33,496 bases of DNA. Source: Candidatus Aenigmatarchaeota archaeon. GTDB taxonomy: Archaea; Aenigmatarchaeota; Aenigmatarchaeia; CG10238-14; WAMV01. Positions 23,185-33,396 of this stretch are shown piece by piece. A program made the translations under genes and the position numbers. The stretch covers positions 1-33,496 of the forward strand of contig WAMV01000012.1 in assembly GCA_015522145.1 (NCBI GenBank), read 5' to 3'. The notes beneath the pieces are model-generated. The model made no database searches, had not been told where the DNA came from, and saw nothing but the letters and a program-made list of their open reading frames with translations. The stretch's first letter is position 1. Each line of letters opens with the position of its first letter.

Positions 23185-24759
23185 TTATTTAAATTTCCTG
23201 TCCATAACAAACCAGAATAAGTAAAGTGGTAAATTTCCTTCATACATAAGCAAATCATTAAACTTTCTTTCATTAAAATTATTTACTGTTTCAAATTCCC
23301 TCCTTAGTTCTTTTATCATATGCTTGCCAATTAAATAGCAAAGCTGATATCCCGGGCTTTTAGTGTATCTTTTTACCTCCGCTAAAGCACCTTCCCTATC
23401 TAGGTAAGCATTCCTAATTAAAAAGTTAACTGCTTGCTTAAAACTCATCCTACCTGTACTTAGTTTTATATCAACAATTACCCTGCAGGCACGCCATATA
23501 GCATCTTTTAGAAAAACAAATTTCTCCTCTGGCTTATTCAAAAATCCTTTTTCGAGCATGTATTCTTCGCAATAATGAGCCCAACCCTCTACAAACTCTG
23601 GTGGACTTAGCAAATGTCTTACATAACTTTTTTGCAATGAAGCACATGCATGCTGCAAATGATGGCCTGGATATGCTTCATGTACCACAGTGTTTTTTAT
23701 GGAAGCGTATGTTAAATGTTTGCCAAGCTTTTGTCTAGGCGTTACAATATATATACCAACTTTGTTTTTTTCAAAAGGTGCAGGTGGAAAATAAGCTGCA
23801 TAAGGAATTAACTTTGTTAAATATGAAGGTGTTTCCATTATAACAAGCTTTTCTCCTTTTGGTAAGGTAAAAAGTTTGTTTCTTCTCAAAAATTCTTTTA
23901 ACTCTTTTACAACTTGTTTATGATATTTCAAAGCTTCTCTGAAAGTTTTTGGTTTGTTATTTTCTAAAATTTTTTCAGCTTCCTTAACAGTCTTGACATT
24001 CATTTCCTTTAGAACCTTTTTCATTTCTTTTTGATATCGCCTAAGATAGTAATTTGCTAAGCTTAACATTTCATCCTTGCTTAAATTTATCAACATTAAC
24101 TGAATTAGTTCATCAAACTCTTCATCACTTAGCCAATATTTCTCGCTCGCTTTTGTTTTTATTTTCTTCAAATGTTCTTTATAGCTTGCTAAACTTTTTT
24201 TAGCTTTGCTAACAATTTCTTCAGCCTTTCTCAAATTTCTAAACTTATTCGCTTTACAAATTTCCAAAATCGTATCTAAAAAGTTCTCTAGCATAGGGAT
24301 GTTTTCCAAAGCTATATCAACCCAGATCTTAACTGGTTTATCAACAGTTTTTTTCATTTGTTCCAAAACTTTGGAAAATTTTTCTATTCTTTTCAAAGCG
24401 CTTCGCATGCGCTTATTGAATGGGGCAAAATCTCTAAAAATAAGTGGAAATAAGGCATCACCTAAAAAGCTCACATCTGGGTCTCTTTCCCACATTCTTA
24501 TTTTCTCTAACCAAAAAAGCTCAAGCCTTAACTCATAAACAGCTGCTAACCTGCTAATTTCTTCATCAAAATTCTTTGTTTCAACACTTTCGAATTTTCT
24601 CAAAAATTCTTTCAGCTTCTTGATTTCTTTCTCTATCGTTTTCTTACTCAAATCAGGCAGCTCAGAATCGTACTTATGAACTCCTAAAAAAGTTGCTAGT
24701 ATTGGATTTTGTTTAACTACATAATCAAAAAATTCTTTTTCCAATTTTCTGAAGCTCAT
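23185..24759 (-). CDS. DUF885 family protein (putative metallopeptidase-like)
   Basis: 524 aa. The HEAYPGHHLQ motif and overall length are typical of DUF885. Confidence 0.7.
   Translation of the reverse strand: MSFRKLEKEFFDYVVKQNPILATFLGVHKYDSELPDLSKKTIEKEIKKLKEFLRKFESVETKNFDEEISRLAAVYELRLELFWLEKIRMWERDPDVSFLGDALFPLIFRDFAPFNKRMRSALKRIEKFSKVLEQMKKTVDKPVKIWVDIALENIPMLENFLDTILEICKANKFRNLRKAEEIVSKAKKSLASYKEHLKKIKTKASEKYWLSDEEFDELIQLMLINLSKDEMLSLANYYLRRYQKEMKKVLKEMNVKTVKEAEKILENNKPKTFREALKYHKQVVKELKEFLRRNKLFTLPKGEKLVIMETPSYLTKLIPYAAYFPPAPFEKNKVGIYIVTPRQKLGKHLTYASIKNTVVHEAYPGHHLQHACASLQKSYVRHLLSPPEFVEGWAHYCEEYMLEKGFLNKPEEKFVFLKDAIWRACRVIVDIKLSTGRMSFKQAVNFLIRNAYLDREGALAEVKRYTKSPGYQLCYLIGKHMIKELRREFETVNNFNERKFNDLLMYEGNLPLYLFWFVMDRKFK
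23186..23193 (-). promoter_or_regulatory. TATA-like box upstream of tRNA-Arg
   Basis: Minus-strand TTTAAATA lies at -36..-29 relative to tRNA position 1 and overlaps the last codons and stop of the upstream DUF885 gene. Confidence 0.3.
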
Positions 24760-24772
24760 AAAAATATTATTC

Positions 24773-26560
24773 TTACATTATAACTTTAATTTCCTTACCC
24801 GTCATCAAAGCCTTGACTAATGTTTTACCTATTTCACTAGCCTTACTAATTCTAACAACACCTTTCCTGCTTACAGTACCACTAAACACAAACTTTCCTT
24901 CAACATAAAAATTAACTGTTTTATTAGCAAGTTTTGGATCAAAAGAAAACTCTAAGCTATTTCCTACTTCCCTTACCTCATACTTAACTTCCTTGCCTAA
25001 AGTAGCATATTTTGGCTCTACATCAATACCGATACCCAGCTTTTTCTCTATGTTGCTTATGGTTTTACCACCCCTCCCTATTAATTTAGGTATTGCCTTC
25101 TCACTTACCCTAACTATTGCTCTATTACCTTTAAACTCTATCTCAGCTTTTTTGTCGAACTTAGAAATTACTTCATATATCTTTTGTTTAGCTAACTCAA
25201 TAATAGCATTGGTCTCTTCTTTAGCCACAGGAACAACAATATTCTCTTCACCATAAGAATAAATTTCATACTCTAGCTTTCCGGTTTCAAAATCCCTTAT
25301 TTCTACAACAGGTCTTGCTAAATCTTCAGACTTCATGCCAGTAGGTATTTTAACAACAAGTTGTAAAGTGTATATTTTCTTGATCTCACCGTTCTTAACA
25401 AAAATTACTGTGTCAACAATATGAGGTATCATTCCAAGCTCAATCCTGCCTATAAATCTTTGTATTGCGCTTATAGCATCACTTGAATGCACAACTCCTA
25501 TCATGCCTACACCAGCAAGCCTTAGGTCAGCAAATATTTGAAATTCTCTAGTCTTCCTAACTTCGTCAAAAATTGTGTAATCTGGTCTTACCAAAAGTAA
25601 AATATCAGCTGTTTTCTCAAAATCTCCCTCTAATGGAGCATATTGTGTTATTTCTTCGCTAACCTGCAAATCTCTAGGACTTTCCATAGTTTTAACAATC
25701 TTTCCCATTTTAAGATAGAATTCTGCTATGCTTGCTGCTAGCGTACTTTTTCCAGAGCCTGGCGGTCCAGCTATAATTATGCCTTCTGCCCTTTCCTTAA
25801 GCCTTTCTATTAATTTTTTAGAAGGTTTATAATCCTCTAAACTAAGCTTGACTAATGGCCTAACTATAGTTACTTCCAATCCATCGCTAAAAGGTGGTCT
25901 AGCTATCGATATCCTGTAATTTTTGAACTGTATAACAGTGGCTCCCCTTCTCTCTATTTCTATGCTTGCTTCTTCACTAACCCTAGAAGCTTCTATAATT
26001 TCCATTATGATTTTCTCTATATCTTCTTTAGTCAGTTTTTCATCACTAAGCTTAACAAGCTTAAATTCTCCAGGCTTGCCTTTTTTAGCTATTGGCTCAA
26101 CTCCTTCTTTCAAATGCACAGATAAAGTGCTTTCATCAAAAAACCTTTCAAATTCAAGACCTTCTGTCTTTATCTCTGGCTCTAAATAAATGCTTTTAAC
26201 TCCTTCTGCTTCAGCAACTAAATGCTGAACATAATCAGCAGTAATCAAATAAGCATCTTCATTTTTAGCAACATCCCTAATTATGGCATCTATCCTTCCT
26301 GCTTTAGCTAGTTTTATTTCTTCTAGTGTAGGCCTTTGACCTGTGAATCTGAATTTAATTCCTTTTTCCTCGCAGTATACTCTAAGCCTTTTTAACTGCT
26401 CTAACCCTACAAATCCAGGCTCTCTGCCTTTGCTAGCCTGAGCCTGCAACTCATCTAGCACAGCTATAGGTATGATTATCTCTTTCACATTTCCTTGCTC
26501 TTCTATCCACTCTGGGAGCTTGCCATCTATTATTACGCTCGTGTCAGGTACTAGCTTCAT
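24773..26560 (-). CDS. PIN domain - PilT-like ATPase - KH domain protein (COG1855 class)
   Basis: N-terminal PIN (LVPDTSVIIDG...VLDELQ), Walker A GPPGSGKST, C-terminal KH (LIGRGGKTISNIEKKLG). Confidence 0.8.
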   Translation of the reverse strand: MKLVPDTSVIIDGKLPEWIEEQGNVKEIIIPIAVLDELQAQASKGREPGFVGLEQLKRLRVYCEEKGIKFRFTGQRPTLEEIKLAKAGRIDAIIRDVAKNEDAYLITADYVQHLVAEAEGVKSIYLEPEIKTEGLEFERFFDESTLSVHLKEGVEPIAKKGKPGEFKLVKLSDEKLTKEDIEKIIMEIIEASRVSEEASIEIERRGATVIQFKNYRISIARPPFSDGLEVTIVRPLVKLSLEDYKPSKKLIERLKERAEGIIIAGPPGSGKSTLAASIAEFYLKMGKIVKTMESPRDLQVSEEITQYAPLEGDFEKTADILLLVRPDYTIFDEVRKTREFQIFADLRLAGVGMIGVVHSSDAISAIQRFIGRIELGMIPHIVDTVIFVKNGEIKKIYTLQLVVKIPTGMKSEDLARPVVEIRDFETGKLEYEIYSYGEENIVVPVAKEETNAIIELAKQKIYEVISKFDKKAEIEFKGNRAIVRVSEKAIPKLIGRGGKTISNIEKKLGIGIDVEPKYATLGKEVKYEVREVGNSLEFSFDPKLANKTVNFYVEGKFVFSGTVSRKGVVRISKASEIGKTLVKALMTGKEIKVIM

Positions 26561-26669
26561 GGATATAAAATAAGCAAGCCAAAATAAAAACTTAGCTTTT
26601 TATTGTTTGCAACTAATTATTAATAGATGTCTGCGATCCACAAATAAAATAAAGAAAACAAATAATTTT

Positions 26670-29450
26670 ATGGAAAATTACGAAGAAAAGATTCTGGAAT
26701 ATTGGGACAAAAACCAAATTTACAAAAAAGTAAAAGAGAAGCTTAAAGATAAGCCAAAATACTATTTCTTAGATGGTCCTCCTTACCCTACAGGCAAAAT
26801 ACACATAGGAACAGCTTTAAACAAAATACTAAAAGACTTTTGGCTTAGAGTTTTAAGATTTAAAGGCTATAACGTATGGGATCAGCCCGGTTATGATATG
26901 CATGGCTTGCCAACAGAAATTAAAGTTGAGCAAAAATTGGGCATAAAGAATAAACAAGAAATAGAAACTAAGGTTGGCGTGGCAAAGTTTGTGGAAGAAT
27001 GTAAAAAACACGCTACTCAATTTTTACAGGCTATGAGCGAGCAATTCAAAAACCTTGGTGTTTGGATGGAGTGGGAAAGGCCCTACATGACAATAACAAA
27101 CGAATACATAGAATCTGCATGGTACACTTTCAAAAAAGGTTACGAAAAAGGATTGTTATTTAGAGGGACTTACCCAGTACATGTGTGCCCGCATTGCCAA
27201 ACTGTAGTAGCTTATAATGAAATTGAGCATGAAAAGCTAAAGGACCCAAGCATTTATGTGAAGTTTAAGATTAAAGGAAAAGATGAATATTTGGTAATAT
27301 GGACAACCACGCCTTGGACTTTGCCAGATAACGTTGCTATAATGGCAAAGCCTTCAGCAACTTATGTTAAGGTTAAGATGAATAATGAAGTTCTTATATT
27401 GGCAGAAGAGTTAGTTGAAAGTTTAGCTAAAAAGCTAAAAACAAATTATGAAGTTCTAGAAAAGTTTAGTGGCAAAGAGCTTGAGGGTTTAGAATATGAG
27501 CATCCTTTAGCTGATAAGCTAGAACACAAAGTAAATTACAAAGTTGTTTTGAGCGAACGTTACGTTACGCTAGAAGAAGGAACGGGTTTAGTACATTCAG
27601 CTCCAGCTCATGGTAAGGAAGATTATTCTGTTGGTCTAGAGTATAATTTGCCTGTAATAAACAGCTTAAACTTCGATGGCACTTTCAAAATAAACTGGCT
27701 AAAAGGTTTGTTTGCAAAAGATGCTGATAAGAAAATTATAGAAGAATTGAAAAACAAGAATGCTTTGCTATACTACGAAACTATCGTACATGACTATCCT
27801 GTGTGTTGGCGTTGCAAAAGCCCATTGTTAATTCAAGCAATAGAACAGTGGTTCTTCAACATTGAAAAAATAAAAGATAAGTTGTTTGAAGAAAATGAAA
27901 AGATAAATTGGGTTCCAAGCTGGGTTAAAGCTAGATTTAGAAATTGGTTAGAAAGTTTAGGCAATTGGCCAATTTCAAGGCAGAGATATTGGGGTATACC
28001 TTTACCTATTTGGGTATGCGAAAATTGTGGCCATGTCAAAGTTATAGGAAGTGTTGAAGAACTGCCAGAAGTACCAGAAGATTTGCACAAACCACATATT
28101 GATAAAGTTCTACTAGACTGTGAAAAATGTAATGGTAAAATGAAAAGAATACCTGATGTGCTAGATGTTTGGTTTGATTCTGGCGTAGCTCCTTGGGCAA
28201 GCCTAGGCTATCCTAAAAAAGAAAAACCTTTCAAAGATCTTTGGCCCGTAAAGCTTGTTATAGAAGGCGTCGACCAAATAAGAGGTTGGTGGAACTCCTT
28301 GCTAATAACTAGCGTAATAACTTTTGATAGAAGAAGTTTTGAAAATGTCATATTCCATGGGTTTGTTTTAGATGCTCATGGTAAAAAAATGAGCAAAAGC
28401 CTAGGCAATATAATAGCACCAGAAGACGTTATAGCTAAATACAGCAGGGATACATTAAGGCTTTACATGCTTTCCCAAGCTCCTTGGAAAGATTATTATG
28501 TAAGCTGGGAAGCAATTGGGCTAGTCCACAGAAAGCTGAATGTCGTAAAAAATGTTTTTGAGTTTGCCAAAATTTATGCAAATAAAAAAGTTGACAGCAA
28601 AAAATTGGAGAAAGAAGATTTGTGGATATTATCAAGATTAAACACAATTAAGAAAAAGTTGAATGCAAGCTTGGACAAATTTGATTCTGAAAGTTATGTC
28701 AGAACTTTAATTGATTTTATAATAGAGGAAATTTCCCATACCTACATAAAGCTCATAAGACCAAGAATTTCTCAAGGCGATGAAGCTAGCATAGCAACAC
28801 TAAGAAAAGTTTTAAAGGAAATACTTATTTTATTAGCCCCAATAACTCCATTTGTTGCCGAAAAATATTATTTGGAGTTGTTTAAAGAAAAGGAAAGTGT
28901 ATTCCTAGAGGAATTTCCAAAAGTAGACGAAGATGTTATTGATAAGCAACTTGAGGAAAGGGTTGAAAACGCAATAAAAATAAGCAGTGTTTGCTTAAAC
29001 GCTCGACAAAAAGTTGGTATAAAGTTAAGGTGGCCGATTAAGCAAATTTACGTAAACTTTGGTGGAGATGTTGAATGGAGCATAGTAAAGAAATTGTGTA
29101 ACACAAAAGAAATAATAACTTCCTTACCAAAGAATTATGAAGTATTTAAAGAAGAGGGTATAGAGGTGGGTGTTCCTAAAGAATTAAGCAAAGAAGAATT
29201 AGAAGAAGCTTACATAAATGAGCTCATAAGAAAAATACAACAAACAAGAAAAGATCATGGCTTCGTAACTTCTGAAAAAATAAAACTGTGGATAGAGTCA
29301 AACAAGCCTGAAATAATAGAAAAATATAAAGAGGTTATAACTCAAAGGGTAGGAGCAAGTGAAATTGTTACAGGTCAAAATTTGGGTAAAATAAAAAACT
29401 TTGTAGAGGTTGATGAATTCAAAGCTGAATTTTCGTTTGAAAAAGTTTAA
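26670..29450 (+). CDS. ileS: isoleucyl-tRNA synthetase
   Basis: FLDGPPYPTGKIHIGTALNKILKD, editing-domain WTTTPWTLPDN, PISRQRYWGIPLPIW, KMSKS. The start is taken at MENYEE (26670), not the track start at 26607. Confidence 0.88.
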   Translation: MENYEEKILEYWDKNQIYKKVKEKLKDKPKYYFLDGPPYPTGKIHIGTALNKILKDFWLRVLRFKGYNVWDQPGYDMHGLPTEIKVEQKLGIKNKQEIETKVGVAKFVEECKKHATQFLQAMSEQFKNLGVWMEWERPYMTITNEYIESAWYTFKKGYEKGLLFRGTYPVHVCPHCQTVVAYNEIEHEKLKDPSIYVKFKIKGKDEYLVIWTTTPWTLPDNVAIMAKPSATYVKVKMNNEVLILAEELVESLAKKLKTNYEVLEKFSGKELEGLEYEHPLADKLEHKVNYKVVLSERYVTLEEGTGLVHSAPAHGKEDYSVGLEYNLPVINSLNFDGTFKINWLKGLFAKDADKKIIEELKNKNALLYYETIVHDYPVCWRCKSPLLIQAIEQWFFNIEKIKDKLFEENEKINWVPSWVKARFRNWLESLGNWPISRQRYWGIPLPIWVCENCGHVKVIGSVEELPEVPEDLHKPHIDKVLLDCEKCNGKMKRIPDVLDVWFDSGVAPWASLGYPKKEKPFKDLWPVKLVIEGVDQIRGWWNSLLITSVITFDRRSFENVIFHGFVLDAHGKKMSKSLGNIIAPEDVIAKYSRDTLRLYMLSQAPWKDYYVSWEAIGLVHRKLNVVKNVFEFAKIYANKKVDSKKLEKEDLWILSRLNTIKKKLNASLDKFDSESYVRTLIDFIIEEISHTYIKLIRPRISQGDEASIATLRKVLKEILILLAPITPFVAEKYYLELFKEKESVFLEEFPKVDEDVIDKQLEERVENAIKISSVCLNARQKVGIKLRWPIKQIYVNFGGDVEWSIVKKLCNTKEIITSLPKNYEVFKEEGIEVGVPKELSKEELEEAYINELIRKIQQTRKDHGFVTSEKIKLWIESNKPEIIEKYKEVITQRVGASEIVTGQNLGKIKNFVEVDEFKAEFSFEKV

Positions 29451-29487
29451 CCACAATAAGTAGTAAATCAACTTTTCTTGTCAAAAA

Positions 29488-29856
29488 TTGAATTCTCAAA
29501 ACATGAAAATAAAACTACTTTTTGTGGGTAGTGTTGCTTCATTAGCCATACTTTATATTTTATTTTTATTTTACAGACCTGTAGAAGCAGAAAGCAACTA
29601 TGGAAAAATAGTATATTTTCAAGGAGTTGTTGAAAGAATTTATTTTCATAAAAACGGTCATGTGTTCTTAACGCTAAGAAATGAAAGTAAAGAAATGAAA
29701 GTAGCAATTTTCTCAAGAGTTGCAACCAAAATAGCTAAAGAAATTTCCATGATAGAAGTTGGTGATATAATTTGGGTTAAAGGAAGATTATCTAGCTATA
29801 AAGGTAAACCTGAAATTATAGTAAGAAAGCCAGAGGATATAAGATGGTTGAGCTAG
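29488..29856 (+). CDS. signal-anchored OB-fold protein
   Basis: N-terminal hydrophobic anchor (LLFVGSVASLAILYILFLF), then FQGVVERIYFHKNGHVFLTLRNESKEMKVAIFS...GDIIWVKGRLSSYKGKPEIIV, which resembles a tRNA_anti/OB-fold barrel. The start could be ATG 29503. Confidence 0.5.
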   Translation: MNSQNMKIKLLFVGSVASLAILYILFLFYRPVEAESNYGKIVYFQGVVERIYFHKNGHVFLTLRNESKEMKVAIFSRVATKIAKEISMIEVGDIIWVKGRLSSYKGKPEIIVRKPEDIRWLS

Positions 29857-31064
29857 TTTTTTGGATTTTAGGTTTTTTATTTGGATTCTTGCTCGGCTTA
29901 ATTCCTAGCATGCACATAAACAATTTCTTACCTTTGCTCTTGTTATTAGCATATGAATTCAAAATGAGCGGCATAGACTTTGTAATATTCATCAGTTCTA
30001 TGAGCGCAAGCTTTCTGTTTTCCTCTTTCATAAATTCTTATTTTATAGGAGCTGTGAATGAAGAAAATTTCATAGGTGTTTTACCTTCTCACAAACTTTT
30101 AATGAAAGGAAAAGGAATGTTGGCATTAAGAATAACACTAACTTCTGCTTTAATCTCAGCTTTTTTCAGTTTTCTGCTTGTCTTTTTTACTATGAATTTT
30201 TACAGAGAACTGTATGAATACATAAGACCAAAAGTCTGGATTTTGTTACTCTATTTTTTAGTCTTCGAAATTTTTACACAAAAACATAAAATCAAAACGA
30301 TAATAGCAATTGTTTTAAGTTCTTTGCTTGGATTTGTTGTTGTTAATTTTCCCTGGCAAAATCCAGAAGGTTTGTTGTTTCCCATGCTTACCGGCTTGTT
30401 TGCTTTACCTAACCTAGCTATCAGCTATAAACAAAAAATAAAAATACCAAAACAGAACACAAAAATCCAACTTAAAATAAGCAAAGAGTTTATAGCTACA
30501 AATTTTATTGGCACGTTAGCTGGAATAGCTGCAGGCTTCTTGCCAGCAATAGGTACAGCTCAGTTGACCATTTTAACACAGAGCATCATAGGAAACAGTT
30601 TAGTAAATTTCCTAGCATTAACAGGAAGTATAATTATGGCTAACGAGTTCTTTTCTTTAGTTTCTGTTTATCTAGTAGGAAATCCTAGAAGTGGGGCTAG
30701 CGTAGCCATAGCGAAATATACAAAAATGAATCTAGCTATGGTATATTTTGCTATGATGTCTTTATTTTTAACTTCAGTAATTAGCTTTTTATTATCTCTA
30801 AAGCTTGCTAGCAAATACATAAGATTTGTCGAGAAGTTAAATTATGCTAAGTTATCTTTAACTGTTATTTGCTTCATAGTTTTAATGGTTTTTGTTTTTA
30901 GTGGCGCTTTCGGTATTTTAGTGTTAGTTAGTAGCTTTCTTATAGGCCTGCTAACATTAAAACTTGGAGTAAGAAGGTCTACCAATATGTTTTGCTTAAT
31001 ATTTCCCAGCATAACCTTCTTTACAGGCTTAGATCAAATTTTGCTTAAGGTGTTAGAGATTTAA
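29844..31064 (+). CDS. polytopic membrane protein, DUF112/TctA-like
   Basis: 406 aa with about 10 or more hydrophobic segments. The N-terminus GFLLGLIPSMHIN and the internal GFLPAIGTAQ resemble DUF112 repeats. It overlaps the previous ORF by 13 nt. Confidence 0.4.
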   Translation: MVELVFWILGFLFGFLLGLIPSMHINNFLPLLLLLAYEFKMSGIDFVIFISSMSASFLFSSFINSYFIGAVNEENFIGVLPSHKLLMKGKGMLALRITLTSALISAFFSFLLVFFTMNFYRELYEYIRPKVWILLLYFLVFEIFTQKHKIKTIIAIVLSSLLGFVVVNFPWQNPEGLLFPMLTGLFALPNLAISYKQKIKIPKQNTKIQLKISKEFIATNFIGTLAGIAAGFLPAIGTAQLTILTQSIIGNSLVNFLALTGSIIMANEFFSLVSVYLVGNPRSGASVAIAKYTKMNLAMVYFAMMSLFLTSVISFLLSLKLASKYIRFVEKLNYAKLSLTVICFIVLMVFVFSGAFGILVLVSSFLIGLLTLKLGVRRSTNMFCLIFPSITFFTGLDQILLKVLEI

Positions 31065-31086
31065 AACACTTTATTATTTTTTATTT

Positions 31087-33396
31087 ATGGGAGATGGCAA
31101 AGAGCTGGTGCTTAAAGAATTCCAGAAAAACCCTCAAAAATATTGGAAAGTGGATATTTTTGAACAAGAAGGTTATAAAAGATATATTTGCAAGATTTGT
31201 GGTAAAGGATTCTGGAGCATAAAAGAAAGGGAAACTTGTCCTGAACATGATATTTATCAGTTTATTAATAATACACCTGTAAAGAATAAATTGGATTATT
31301 TCCAAACTTGGGAGAAATTTGCTAAATTTTTTGAAAAGAACGGCCATGAAATAATAAACAGGTATCCTGTTGTTTCCACTTGGCGTCCAGACTTGTTTTT
31401 TGTTATAGCTAGTATTCAAGATTTTCAAAGACTAGAGGGTAAGGTTATAAGCTTTGAGTATCCTGCCAATCCTTTGGTTGTGCCACAAATATGTTTGAGG
31501 TTTAACGATATTGAGAATGTGGGCGTTACTGGCAAGCATTTAACCTGCTTTCAGATGAGTGGGCAACATGCTTTCAATGATGGAAAAGGAGGTTATTGGA
31601 AGGATGAATGCATGCAGTATAATTTTGAATTTTTAACCAAAGAATTGAGTATAAATAAAGAAGAAATTGTCTACTTAGAAGATGTATGGACAATGCCAGA
31701 TTTATCAGCTTTTGGACCTTGTATAGAAGCTCATGTGAGAGGTTTGGAAATAGTTAATAATGTTTTCATGGAATTTTATATGGATAATGGTCAGATAAAA
31801 CAATTACCAACTAGAGTTGTGGATGTTGGTTGGGGGCATGAAAGATTAGTGTGGTTTAGCCAAGGCACATATACGCTTTATGATGCTGTGTTTAAGCCGA
31901 TTATAGATAAGCTATTAAGACAAACTGGAATTAGTTACGATAAAGAAATTTTTGAGAAATATTCAAAGCTTGCAGCTACTTTAAATTTTGAGGATGTCGA
32001 TGATGTCGAAAAAGCAAAAGAAGAAGTGGCTAGAAAAATTGGAATAAGTAAAGAGGAATTAGAAAAAAACGTTGAGCCTATGCATGCTATTTATGCTATA
32101 GTCGACCACACAAGAAGCTTAACTTTTGGTATAAGTGATGGCGCCTTGCCTAGCAATGTTGGTGGTGGTTATAATTTAAGAGTGTTATTAAGAAGAGCTC
32201 TTAGTTTCGTAGAAAAGTTAAACCTCAACATTAATCCTATAGATGTTTGTTTTATGCATGTGGATTATTTCGGAAAAATGTTTCCAGAAATTAGGGAAAA
32301 TACTGACGCCATTCAAACAATCTTAGAACATGAAATCAAAAAATGGAAAGAAGGTAAAAAGCAAAAAGCAAAGATTATAGAAAAACTTAAAAATAAATCT
32401 TTAAGTTTGGAAGAGCTGCTTAAAGTTTATGAAAGTCAAGGCATAACACCAGAAGAGCTTGGAATAAAAGTTCCAAGAGAGTTCTACAAAAAACTAACAG
32501 AAAAAAGATCTGGTAGGAGAATACATGAAGAAAAAATAAATTTTGATGTAAGCCATTTGCCCGCAACACAAATACTATACTACAACGAGCCAGAAATTTT
32601 TGAGTTTGAAGCTGAAGTTATAGAAAGTTTTGACGATTGGGTTGTTTTAGATAAAACGGCTTTTTTCCCCACTTCCGGCGGGCAGATGCACGATACAGGC
32701 AAGCTAAACGAATCAAACGTTATAGAGGTTATTAAAGTTGGGAAGGTTATTCTACATAAGGTTGATAAACCTCTAAAAAAAGGAGAAAAAGTTATTGGAA
32801 GAGTGGATAGGGAAAGAAGGTATTTGACCATGCTACATCATGATGCAATTCACATAATTAATGGGGCTGTTAAAAAAGTAATTGGTAAGTGGTGCAATCA
32901 GTACGGTTCTCAAGTAGAGCATAACAAGGCTAGAATAGACATAACTCATTTCAAACGTTTAGAAAAAGAAGAAGTAGAAAAAATAGAAAAGCTAGCAAAC
33001 GAAGTAGTAAAAAATGCAATATCGATAGAAAAAGAAATATTACCAAGACAGGAGGCTGAAAGAAAGTATGGATTCTGGATTTATCAGGGTGGTTATGTTC
33101 CTGAAAAGAACATAAGAATAGTCAAAATTGGAAACTTTGATGTTGAAGCTTGTGGGGGCACCCATGGAAAAAATACTAAAGATGTTGGTTGCATACTAAT
33201 AACAAGAACAAAAAGAATAGCAGATGGTTTAGTAAGAATAGAAATAAAAGCTAATAAAGCGGCAATAGAGTTTCTAGAAGAGAAGAAAAGAATTTTGGAA
33301 AAAGTTGCAGAAACGCTAAACGTTAGGGAAGAGGAAGTTCCTGAAAAAGTTATGGAGGTGTTTAACGAATGGAAAAAATTGAAAAAGAAAAAATAA
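31087..33396 (+). CDS. alaS: alanyl-tRNA synthetase (archaeal type), ending before the C-terminal domain
   Basis: Archaeal N-terminal CKICGKGFWS...CPE element, class II core, and editing-domain motifs HHDAIH and CGGTH. It ends at 769 aa, just after the VREEEVPEKVMEVFNEWKKLKKKK helix. Confidence 0.88.
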   Translation: MGDGKELVLKEFQKNPQKYWKVDIFEQEGYKRYICKICGKGFWSIKERETCPEHDIYQFINNTPVKNKLDYFQTWEKFAKFFEKNGHEIINRYPVVSTWRPDLFFVIASIQDFQRLEGKVISFEYPANPLVVPQICLRFNDIENVGVTGKHLTCFQMSGQHAFNDGKGGYWKDECMQYNFEFLTKELSINKEEIVYLEDVWTMPDLSAFGPCIEAHVRGLEIVNNVFMEFYMDNGQIKQLPTRVVDVGWGHERLVWFSQGTYTLYDAVFKPIIDKLLRQTGISYDKEIFEKYSKLAATLNFEDVDDVEKAKEEVARKIGISKEELEKNVEPMHAIYAIVDHTRSLTFGISDGALPSNVGGGYNLRVLLRRALSFVEKLNLNINPIDVCFMHVDYFGKMFPEIRENTDAIQTILEHEIKKWKEGKKQKAKIIEKLKNKSLSLEELLKVYESQGITPEELGIKVPREFYKKLTEKRSGRRIHEEKINFDVSHLPATQILYYNEPEIFEFEAEVIESFDDWVVLDKTAFFPTSGGQMHDTGKLNESNVIEVIKVGKVILHKVDKPLKKGEKVIGRVDRERRYLTMLHHDAIHIINGAVKKVIGKWCNQYGSQVEHNKARIDITHFKRLEKEEVEKIEKLANEVVKNAISIEKEILPRQEAERKYGFWIYQGGYVPEKNIRIVKIGNFDVEACGGTHGKNTKDVGCILITRTKRIADGLVRIEIKANKAAIEFLEEKKRILEKVAETLNVREEEVPEKVMEVFNEWKKLKKKK

